Shown here piece by piece: positions 30,593 through 38,994 of a DNA stretch of 59,008 nt. Every line of letters begins with the position of its first letter. Within the stretch, counting starts at the first letter, position 1. The notes beneath the pieces are model-generated. The model was not told the DNA's origin. It ran no database searches and worked only from the letters and a program-made list of their open reading frames with translations. Source of the stretch: an uncultured Muribaculaceae bacterium. Lineage in GTDB: Bacteria > Bacillota_I > Bacilli_A > RF39 > UBA660. The translations under genes and the position numbers were made by a program. Where the stretch lies: positions 1-59,008 of the forward strand of contig CAYZRY010000004.1 in assembly GCA_964481005.1 (NCBI GenBank), given 5' to 3'.

Positions 30593-31807
30593 ATGAAAAA
30601 GAACAATTTATTTATCGTTTCAGTTTTTATAGGAATAATTATGCTATCGATGATAGCTCTTCCCATTAAGCATTTATCAATAAAGATGGGATGGACCAAT
30701 TTAGTACTAGATGGTAACTGGAAAAGTCAAATTCCTGTAAAGGGAAACTTTATCAAAAGACTTGGGTCAAAGCTAGAGAATATTAAAATATCTGTCGAGA
30801 ATAGGACTAATAACTACTTTCCTTTTTATGAGCAGCTAAATGCTAGCTATCATCACAGTAATAGAGCCTTAAACTCACTAATTTATAAAGAGCTTATACC
30901 AAGTGGTACTAATACTGATTTAGAGTACACCTTGAAAAAGGGAGATGCATACTACATCAATTCATCGATGGCAAGTAGCAAAATCGAAGAAAGAGTAGAA
31001 AAACATGCTGAGCTCTACAACCAAATAAATAAAATAAAACCAGTATATATTTATTTGCCACATCGTTTTGAATTCCAAGAAAGTATTGCTAATAACGATT
31101 ATCGCAACATGTATGATTACGTTAAACTATTCAAAGATAAGTTAGATAAAAGTATCAAGACTGGCGAACTTAAAGTAAACAGTTTAGAAGAGTACAATCA
31201 AATGTTTTTCAAAACTGATCATCACTGGACTTGTGAAGGAGCAAGCAAAGCCTATAAAGAAATAATGGATATGCTTGGCAATTCTTCAAATAAAGTCTAT
31301 AACTGTGAAAAAGTAGATGGCAAATATTTAGGAAGTTTTGCCAATCGCTTTAAAGATCAAAGTGGTTTCGATGAGTTTTCTTATTTAAAAACAAACTTTA
31401 AATATGATTTAGATTATCGTTTGATGATAAATGATAAAATGCCAGATGAAAAATACAAACCTAAAGTATTAGATGCCAAAAAGAGAGATGTTAATCCATT
31501 TTATGACTACTATATAGGATTCTATTATGGCTTTTATGGAAGAGTTGTCTATAACTTTAACAATGATAATGAAAAGTTATTAATCATTGCCGATTCATAT
31601 TCTTGGGCAATCGATGACTTAATTGCTTCATCATTTAGTGAAACACACATAATTAATTTAATGTTCGATGAATACCAAGATGGCAAATTCAATTACAAGG
31701 ATTACATTCGAAGACACAATATCGATAAAGTGCTTATACTACAGGAGACACCAACAACCATGTACGATGTCTTTGATCACGGAATATTAACAAAGGTGGT
31801 GAAATAA
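30593..31807 (+). CDS. DHHW-family (AlgJ/AlgX-like SGNH) O-acetyltransferase partner
   Basis: N-terminal TM, FKTDHHW, LIIADSY; TAATG coupling to the MBOAT gene. Confidence 0.85.
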   Translation: MKKNNLFIVSVFIGIIMLSMIALPIKHLSIKMGWTNLVLDGNWKSQIPVKGNFIKRLGSKLENIKISVENRTNNYFPFYEQLNASYHHSNRALNSLIYKELIPSGTNTDLEYTLKKGDAYYINSSMASSKIEERVEKHAELYNQINKIKPVYIYLPHRFEFQESIANNDYRNMYDYVKLFKDKLDKSIKTGELKVNSLEEYNQMFFKTDHHWTCEGASKAYKEIMDMLGNSSNKVYNCEKVDGKYLGSFANRFKDQSGFDEFSYLKTNFKYDLDYRLMINDKMPDEKYKPKVLDAKKRDVNPFYDYYIGFYYGFYGRVVYNFNNDNEKLLIIADSYSWAIDDLIASSFSETHIINLMFDEYQDGKFNYKDYIRRHNIDKVLILQETPTTMYDVFDHGILTKVVK

Positions 31808-33201
31808 TGTTATTCTCAAATTTAGTATTTTTAACAGTTTTCTTACCACTATTCTTTATTACTTATTTCGTAATTAAGAATCGTACTTATCGTAACTTTG
31901 TCCTCTTGATGTTCTCGCTTGTATTCTACGCATGGGGAGAACCAATATACATATTATTGATGCTTTTCTCGATAATAATTAATTATCTATTCGCAATTGA
32001 AATAGATAAGAGAAAAGATAAAAAACGAAAAAATGTCTTTATTTTAGCTATTGCAATAAATATATTACTACTTGTAATATTTAAATATTTAGGATGGTTA
32101 ACTGAAACAATCAATGTCATACCAAGTATAAATTTACCAATATTAAAACTATCATTACCAATAGGAATTAGTTTTTACACTTTTCAGATTATGTCTTATG
32201 TCATAAGTGTCTATCAAAGGAATGTAAAAGTTCAAAAGAATATAATTTTCCTCGGATGCTACGTAGTTGCTTTTCCACAATTGATTGCTGGACCTATCGT
32301 CAGATATGAAACTGTTGCCAAAGAGTTAAATGATCGAAAAGAAAATTTACATGACTTTGCCGAAGGTACAAGAAGATTCATCGTTGGTCTTGCTAAAAAA
32401 GTTATCGTTGCCGATAACCTTGCCTACATGACTGATACAATCTTTGCTGGTAGTTTTACTGACTATGGAGCAATTGGAGCATGGCTTGGAATGATTGCAT
32501 ATACTCTGCAGATCTACTACGACTTTTCAGCTTACAGTGATATGGCAATAGGAATGGGAAGAATGCTAGGTTTCTACTATTTAGAAAACTTCAATTACCC
32601 ATACATCGCTAAGTCAATTACTGACTTCTGGCGTAGATGGCATATTTCACTATCTAGTTTCTTTAGAGATTATGTCTACATACCACTAGGTGGTAATCGC
32701 AAGAAACAGCTTCGCAATATCCTAATCGTTTGGTTACTAACTGGACTTTGGCATGGAGCTGCTTGGAACTTCCTCATCTGGGGACTATACTTTGGAATAT
32801 TACTAGTGCTTGAAAAATTTGTTTGGGGTAAGGCCCTTGCTAAACTGCCCGCTCCAATCCAAAATATTTATACACTCTTTCTCGTTATCATTTCTTGGGT
32901 AATCTTCCGCAGTAATGGAATGAGTGAAACATTCGAGATATTAAAATCGATGTTTTTCCTAAATGGACTTGGAAGCTTCGAATATTTAAAATACATCCAG
33001 GTACTACAGTTTAGACATATAATTATAACTATTCTAGCGATCATCTTTGCTTATCCTTTATATATAAACTTTCAAAAGAAAATTGAAAAGAATCACAAAC
33101 TAACATTAGCCCTAGATATATTCTTAGTTATATTATTCCTAGTAACGCTAGTCTTTATACTTTCTAGCAGTTACAGTCCGTTTATCTACTTTAGATTTTA
33201 A
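31807..33201 (+). CDS. MBOAT O-acyltransferase (AlgI/DltB-like)
   Basis: LPIGISFYTFQ, FPQLIAGPI, ENFNYPY, FWRRWHISLS, LTGLWHG (catalytic His), FIYFRF. Confidence 0.95.
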   Translation: MLFSNLVFLTVFLPLFFITYFVIKNRTYRNFVLLMFSLVFYAWGEPIYILLMLFSIIINYLFAIEIDKRKDKKRKNVFILAIAINILLLVIFKYLGWLTETINVIPSINLPILKLSLPIGISFYTFQIMSYVISVYQRNVKVQKNIIFLGCYVVAFPQLIAGPIVRYETVAKELNDRKENLHDFAEGTRRFIVGLAKKVIVADNLAYMTDTIFAGSFTDYGAIGAWLGMIAYTLQIYYDFSAYSDMAIGMGRMLGFYYLENFNYPYIAKSITDFWRRWHISLSSFFRDYVYIPLGGNRKKQLRNILIVWLLTGLWHGAAWNFLIWGLYFGILLVLEKFVWGKALAKLPAPIQNIYTLFLVIISWVIFRSNGMSETFEILKSMFFLNGLGSFEYLKYIQVLQFRHIIITILAIIFAYPLYINFQKKIEKNHKLTLALDIFLVILFLVTLVFILSSSYSPFIYFRF

Positions 33202-33252
33202 AAGACGCTTAGCGTCTTTTTTAAATAAAAAAAGATATCTTAGATATCTTTT
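33200..33252. terminator. pair of terminators between convergent MBOAT and NUDIX genes
   Basis: AAAAGACGCT-T-AGCGTCTTTTTT and AAAAAAAGATATCT-T-AGATATCTTTT. Confidence 0.75.
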
Positions 33253-33635
33253 AGTTTGTTTTTCAATTTGTCAGATAACTCTTCGAAGTCTTTGGCTACC
33301 CAGCGATATTCACTGTGCTCATCACTAAGTGTGACAGCAAAGTCGTTTTTATTAACATCGATAACGAAATCAAGTTCAACAACATATAACTTAGCATCGT
33401 AATTATCTTTAAGCTCATCAGTAAATCCTTCGATTTTAGCATCGAACTTTTGATTGAAACCTATTTCTTCACGAAGTTCTCTTTTTAGAGCATCACCAAT
33501 TGTCTCAGAATCCTCCAGATGTCCACCAGGAAATTCCCATGTACCTGGATAGAGTTCATCTTTACTTTTTCTTTTGACAACTAGGAATAAATCTTCATCT
33601 CTAAGTATTCCTGTAATAATTATTTTTCTATTCAT
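33240..33635 (-). CDS. NUDIX hydrolase (MutT-like)
   Basis: Nudix box GGHLEDSETIGDALKRELREEIG; LSDEHSEYRW. Confidence 0.93.
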   Translation of the reverse strand: MNRKIIITGILRDEDLFLVVKRKSKDELYPGTWEFPGGHLEDSETIGDALKRELREEIGFNQKFDAKIEGFTDELKDNYDAKLYVVELDFVIDVNKNDFAVTLSDEHSEYRWVAKDFEELSDKLKNKLKDI

Positions 33636-33654
33636 AATTTCCTCATTTCTTTTA

Positions 33655-33730
33655 TGGTGCTGAAAAGGGGGATTGAACCTCTGACCTATCGCTTACGAGG
33701 CGATTGCTCTACCGACTGAGCTATTTCAGC
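33655..33730 (-). tRNA. tRNA-Thr(CGT)
   Basis: 76-nt cloverleaf: GCTGAAA/TTTCAGC acceptor, ATCGC-CTCGTAA-GCGAT anticodon arm, TTCAATC T-loop, encoded CCA. Confidence 0.97.
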
Positions 33731-33741
33731 GATAAGTTAGA

Positions 33742-34668
33742 TTATCGCAATCTAACTTCGTATGTACTTGATTTTGCTGTCTTGCCAGTTCCACTGACAA
33801 CGACAACGTGATAAGTTCCGCCTTGAGTAACATCAAGTGATGGACTACTTCCTGGAACTTGGATTCCATTTCGATACCATTTGTAGAGATATCCACTAGG
33901 AGTTTTAGCCGGTGTTACATTGCTGTATATTGTTGCCCTAGTCGATGTACTAATCGATGTGATACTTACTGTTGGAACATTCTTATCAATTCTATTTATA
34001 TAAACATCTTTCGCTTGGCTAACTGTACCATTTACATCACGTACAACTATTTTAACTGTTTGATTTTGACTCACGCGGTAGATGTTAGATCCAGTCCAAG
34101 TCATACCATTATCGTAAGAGTATGCTTGAGCATGTAATCCTGAATCAGCGCTAGCCTTTACAGTTAAAATAACATCTCGGTCAACCCAGTTTTCTGGAAT
34201 ACCTGATACTTCATCAACTCTAACAGGTGTTACTATTTTCTTAACAATATTAAAGTAATATATTTTTACATTTCCATTTTCCGCTGTAACCTTTATTTGA
34301 TGTCTAAACGAATCACTTACAACATTAACTAACTTGCAATTTTCAACTTTAGCTTTAGTACTTTCAAGATCACATTTAAAATCGACACTATTAGAGTCCG
34401 TTGTAACAACATATCTAACCTCATCTTTATCAAACTGTTTATTTAGTGTTCCGCCACTTACAACTAAAGATTTCAAATAGTTATTTTTATCTAACTCTTT
34501 ATAATCGGTCTTTTTATTTAAATTGATTACTAAAAAGATCAACATTAGTGCAACTGCAACTACTAGTGTCGCAATCATTATTATTTTGAATGGAACATTA
34601 GAATTATTCTGTTGATAATCGATTTGCTCTTCTACTGTCGGTTCTCCAGCGTAGTAGTCTTTATCCAT
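33742..34668 (-). CDS. membrane-anchored protein with cadherin-like beta-sandwich and Ig-like domains
   Basis: TM, LKSLVVSGGTL..F...Y...IKVTAENG..Y pattern, then Ig-like units (YKWYRNG...GTYHV). Confidence 0.75.
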   Translation of the reverse strand: MDKDYYAGEPTVEEQIDYQQNNSNVPFKIIMIATLVVAVALMLIFLVINLNKKTDYKELDKNNYLKSLVVSGGTLNKQFDKDEVRYVVTTDSNSVDFKCDLESTKAKVENCKLVNVVSDSFRHQIKVTAENGNVKIYYFNIVKKIVTPVRVDEVSGIPENWVDRDVILTVKASADSGLHAQAYSYDNGMTWTGSNIYRVSQNQTVKIVVRDVNGTVSQAKDVYINRIDKNVPTVSITSISTSTRATIYSNVTPAKTPSGYLYKWYRNGIQVPGSSPSLDVTQGGTYHVVVVSGTGKTAKSSTYEVRLR

Positions 34669-34751
34669 TTAATCACCTTCTTATTAATCTAAGTATATAT
34701 AATTTTATAACTATAATCAATAAAACATTGTAAGATATGACAATAGTTTGA

Positions 34752-36323
34752 CTATTTATTATTATCTATAATACTTTCGATAAATCCTATAAAAAGGGGA
34801 TGAGCTCTAGTTGGTCTACTTTTAAATTCTGGATGAAAGATAGTCGCTAGAAAGAATGGATGATTTGGCAGTTCAACTATTTCACAATAAGAATCTTGAT
34901 CTGATATAGCACTGATAACAAGTCCTTTACTTTCAAGTGTTTCTTTGTAATTGTAATTTAGTTCATAATTATTGCGATGTCTTTCTAAAACATTAAGTTT
35001 TCCATAAAGTTTATGGGCTCTACTTGCTTTAGTAAGATGACAAAGACTATTACCAAGACGCATTTCTTTCTTAATGAAAAGTAAATCTTTAGCTTTTGGG
35101 TCTATTTCAGCACTATTGGCATTTTTAAGCTCGCATACATTTTGAGCAAATTCAGTAACAGCCATTTGCATACCAAGACCTATTCCCATAAACGGAATCT
35201 TCTTTTCTCTAGCATGGGTTATAGCGTGAATCATTCCTTTAGTGCCATCTTTTCCAAAACCGCCAGGCACAATAATACCAGCGCAGTCAGTTAGAACTTT
35301 ACGAGCAGTTTTACTATCTTTGATATCTTTACTATCGATCCATTTAATATCTATTTTTTTGTTAAATTTATAACCAGCATGTTTTAGGCTTTCCGCCACA
35401 GATAGATAAGCATCGTGCAGTTCCACATATTTTCCAATCAGAGCAATAGTGAGTTCATCTTCTAGTTGTTCAGTCTTTTTAACAAGCTCACTCCACTGCC
35501 TAATATTAGCTTTCTTAATCGGCATTGAAAACTGTTTTAAAACTACTTCATCCATCTTATTTTTATAAAAATTCAGTGGTATTTGATAAATGTTAGAAAC
35601 ATCGACTGCTTCAATAATGTTTTCTTCAGGAATACTACAGTAAAGAGCAATCTTCTTTTTCATATCTTTACCAATACTAAAAGGTGATCTTGTGATAATA
35701 ATGTCCGGTTGAACTCCCATACTTCGCATCTGAATAACGCTGTGCTGGGTAGGTTTACTTTTCAGTTCTCCGGAACCGTACATATACGGAACAAGTGTAA
35801 CATGAACAAAGATTGTTTCTTTTTTTCCCAGTTCGTCACGAATTTGCCGAAGCGCTTCGATAAAAGCAGAACTTTCTAAATCACCGATTGTTCCACCAAT
35901 TTCAGTAATGACAAAATCAGCTTTACTAGTTTCAGCAGCTTCAAAAACCTTATTTTTTATTTCATTTGTGACATGCGGAACAATTTGAACTGTCCCCCCA
36001 TCGTATTCACCATTTCTTTCTTTTTCAAGAACATTAGCATAGACTTTCCCTGTTGTAATGTTCGAAGTGTAATTGAGCTCTTCGTCGATAAATCTCTCAT
36101 AGTGACCTAAATCGAGATCTGTCTCAGTTCCATCCGCCGTGACATAAACTTCGCCATGTTGAAATGGACTCATTGTTCCCGGATCAACATTGATGTACGG
36201 ATCAAACTTTTGCATAAACACTTTATAACCTCTTGCCTTAAGCAAAAGAGCAAGCGAAGATGCTGCAATTCCCTTTCCTAAACCTGATACAACTCCCCCA
36301 GTGACAAAAATATACTTAGTCAT
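34752..36323 (-). CDS. pyrG: CTP synthase; glutaminase nucleophile Cys replaced by Gly
   Basis: TGGVVSGLGKG, DPYINVDPGTM, KSKPTQHS, VPGGFG, GIGLGMQ, HPEF. Confidence 0.97.
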   Translation of the reverse strand: MTKYIFVTGGVVSGLGKGIAASSLALLLKARGYKVFMQKFDPYINVDPGTMSPFQHGEVYVTADGTETDLDLGHYERFIDEELNYTSNITTGKVYANVLEKERNGEYDGGTVQIVPHVTNEIKNKVFEAAETSKADFVITEIGGTIGDLESSAFIEALRQIRDELGKKETIFVHVTLVPYMYGSGELKSKPTQHSVIQMRSMGVQPDIIITRSPFSIGKDMKKKIALYCSIPEENIIEAVDVSNIYQIPLNFYKNKMDEVVLKQFSMPIKKANIRQWSELVKKTEQLEDELTIALIGKYVELHDAYLSVAESLKHAGYKFNKKIDIKWIDSKDIKDSKTARKVLTDCAGIIVPGGFGKDGTKGMIHAITHAREKKIPFMGIGLGMQMAVTEFAQNVCELKNANSAEIDPKAKDLLFIKKEMRLGNSLCHLTKASRAHKLYGKLNVLERHRNNYELNYNYKETLESKGLVISAISDQDSYCEIVELPNHPFFLATIFHPEFKSRPTRAHPLFIGFIESIIDNNK

Positions 36324-36431
36324 AAAAAAACCTCTCCACCGAGAGCTTAGGCTCTCTTAAATTATATCACTTAAAAAATTAATTAAAAAGCTATGCTAAA
36401 AAAAAGATGGCCACTTTGCACAAGTGTACAT

Positions 36432-37286
36432 CTATATTTTTTTCCCAATTACTTCGAGATAATCAACTATCGTTGCTATATCATTAGCGCTATTTTCTAA
36501 AATGTCTTCGTCAATTGTAACCGTTTTATCTTTAAGTAAAATGACTACTGTCGAAGCACCAAGTTTAAAGTAACCTTTTTCATCGCCCTTTTTAAATTTT
36601 CTCCGACTATGATTGACAATCTTACCAACCATCATCGCTCCAACTTCCATCTGCACATACTTTCCAAATGTTTGCCCATCAATCATGGAAAATATGCGAT
36701 GATTTCGACTGTATACTTTTTCTTTACTGGCAATTGGATTAACCGTATGTAAAACACCAGTTATTTCACTTGTTTTTATTATATTACCACTATCGATATG
36801 AGCATACCTATGATAACAATCGACAGTCAAATAATAAACTAGCACTAGACCATTACTGTACTGGCTAAGATCAAGTTGATTAGAAAATAGTTCATCTAAA
36901 TCATAATGACTCTCTTTGATCTTTAACTTTAAATTTTTATCAACTCGGTAAACCATCAATTTAGATTCAGCCGGAGCAACTAAATCATTAGTATTTATTT
37001 TTATCTTGCTCGATTTTAATTTCCTTGCAAAAAAATCATTGAAGTTATCATAGTTGTTTTTTTCAAAGATACTTAAATCAAGATTATATTTTTTAACCCA
37101 TTTATTTATTTTATATTTACTTAGTTTAGAATCGTTGTATCTTCCATATAGCTTAGATATTTTAGGACTAATTAAAAGTTTAAGTATCATCCTGCCAAAA
37201 GCAGTATGGTACAAAAACTTTAGCCATTTATATCCACTTTGTAACTCTTCATAAACTTCTTTTGTTTTACGATTGTATACTAGCAT
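36432..37286 (-). CDS. psd: phosphatidylserine decarboxylase proenzyme
   Basis: FNDFFAR, YHR, HTVNP, EVGA..VG, KGYFKLGASTV; adjacent to pssA. Confidence 0.9.
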   Translation of the reverse strand: MLVYNRKTKEVYEELQSGYKWLKFLYHTAFGRMILKLLISPKISKLYGRYNDSKLSKYKINKWVKKYNLDLSIFEKNNYDNFNDFFARKLKSSKIKINTNDLVAPAESKLMVYRVDKNLKLKIKESHYDLDELFSNQLDLSQYSNGLVLVYYLTVDCYHRYAHIDSGNIIKTSEITGVLHTVNPIASKEKVYSRNHRIFSMIDGQTFGKYVQMEVGAMMVGKIVNHSRRKFKKGDEKGYFKLGASTVVILLKDKTVTIDEDILENSANDIATIVDYLEVIGKKI

Positions 37287-37898
37287 CTATTTCACCAAGT
37301 AAATGATAACTCCTATTAAAGCTAGAAGCGCAAAAACGATATATGCTTTACCTTTAGGTTTAAATACTTTGAAATCATAAATATGTAATACCGATGTAAT
37401 TAGTAAGGTCAAAGTAAAAATAATTTCAAAGCAATTGTTATCAATATATGAACGCAATAAGAAAACTATCGGTAATATTATAGCTGTCGATGTAACTGGT
37501 AATCCACGATAATTTTTTACTGGTTTATCCCTTGCTACTTCAGTCGCAGTAATATTAAAGAAAGCTAATCTAGCTACTTGAGTAATCATAAAAAAGCTAT
37601 AGATAATAACCTGATACCAAGCATCATAACCTAATGACAAAAAAATAATAACAGGTAATATTCCAAAATTGACAATATCGATAAGCGAATCTAGTTCTAT
37701 TCCAAATTGCTTTTCATCTTCAGTTCTCTTACATGCTCTGGCAATTTTACCATCAAACATATCACAAACACCAGCTATAACAAAACATACGAAGGCATTG
37801 TTAAAATCACGATTCATCGCTGAATAGATACCCAAAACTCCAAATACTAAACCGATGTATGAAAGTATCACCGATTTATTCCATTTCCCTATAAACAT
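37287..37898 (-). CDS. pssA: CDP-alcohol phosphatidyltransferase (phosphatidylserine synthase)
   Basis: DMFDGKIAR...FGIELDSLID motif, RLAFFN, GLP; start at 37898 after GGAGG. Confidence 0.88.
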   Translation of the reverse strand: MFIGKWNKSVILSYIGLVFGVLGIYSAMNRDFNNAFVCFVIAGVCDMFDGKIARACKRTEDEKQFGIELDSLIDIVNFGILPVIIFLSLGYDAWYQVIIYSFFMITQVARLAFFNITATEVARDKPVKNYRGLPVTSTAIILPIVFLLRSYIDNNCFEIIFTLTLLITSVLHIYDFKVFKPKGKAYIVFALLALIGVIIYLVK

Positions 37899-38154
37899 AT
37901 ATCCTCCATATTGTTGAATTAATTGTATCATATTAAGTGCCGAGAAGCATCATAAATATCTGTTTTTAACTCAAATTTTTTACTGAAATAATCAATCTAA
38001 TAATCGACTTTTTATACGAAAATAAGATAGAAATTATAGCATAAAGTATAAGCAGTCTATAATTTAAGCAAAAACAAAAAAACTGTCGGTAAACTGCCGG
38101 TAGTATGATTAAAACAAAATAAAAAGCCCACAAAATAGGACTTTTATATACTAT

Positions 38155-38499
38155 TGGTGGAGCCGGGGAGAATCGAACTCCCGTCCGAAAGAGCCATCAT
38201 AGCAACGTCTACAAGTGTATTCAGTTAGTAAATTTCACTACCTAACAATTAACTGACAAACAATTAAATAGCTAGTTTATTTAAATTCATTATGATCCAT
38301 AAACATAATCATAATATATCCTACTAAAATGAGCTTCTGTTACTTCACGTAGGCAAAAAGTAGAGAAGCCTATCATTACTTAATTAAGCAAAAGATAGTT
38401 TATTAAATGTTTTTCCAGTTATATTTAACTGTTGCATTTATGGTTGCCACCAACTTGCAATCGCTATCTGTACAATCCCGTCGAAACCAAGTCGACCCC
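38155..38499 (-). ncRNA. ssrA: tmRNA; tag reading frame (A)GKTFNKLSFA* at 38416-38384
   Basis: 5' GGGGTCGACTTGGTTTCGACGG and 3' GGGAGTTCGATTCTCCCCGGCTCCACCA; resume context ATAACT-GGA; directly downstream of smpB. Confidence 0.96.
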
Positions 38500-38547
38500 A
38501 TTGATAGCTACATTATAGCATAAAAATAGAAGTTTTTCTACTTCTAT

Positions 38548-38994
38548 TTATTCATAGTTACGTTCTTTAATACTTTTATTAAGTTTACGTTTTATATCTC
38601 TTTCTTTAATTACTTCACGTTTATCAAAGTTTTTCTTACCCTTGGCTAAACCAATCAAAATTTTCACTTTATTCTTTTTGAAATATAGCTTTAACGCTAC
38701 CAAAGTATAACCTTCTTGTTCTAACTTAGCTTCAAGTTTAGTAATTTCATTTTTATGAAGTAAGAGTTTTCTACTTCTTTTTTCTTCGTGATTAAAGATA
38801 TTCCCTTCTTTATAGAGATTGATAAACATATTCACAAGAAAAGCTTCACCTTTTCTAATTAAGGCGTAAGAGTCATTAATATTACATTTCCCTGCTCTGA
38901 TAGATTTGACTTCGGTACCAGTTAGAACAATACCTGCTTCGTATTCTTCTTCGATAAAATAGTCATATCTTGCTTTTCTGTTAAATACTTCCAT
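38548..38994 (-). CDS. smpB: SsrA-binding protein
   Basis: NRKARYDY, EAGIVLTGTEVKSIR, RKLLLH, GKK.FDKR. Confidence 0.98.
   Translation of the reverse strand: MEVFNRKARYDYFIEEEYEAGIVLTGTEVKSIRAGKCNINDSYALIRKGEAFLVNMFINLYKEGNIFNHEEKRSRKLLLHKNEITKLEAKLEQEGYTLVALKLYFKKNKVKILIGLAKGKKNFDKREVIKERDIKRKLNKSIKERNYE

Noticed and set aside
33655-33730. A-C mismatch in the tRNA-Thr T-stem, and possible use as an att site
   Set aside because: A single mismatch is tolerated; I saw no duplicated 3' end or integrase
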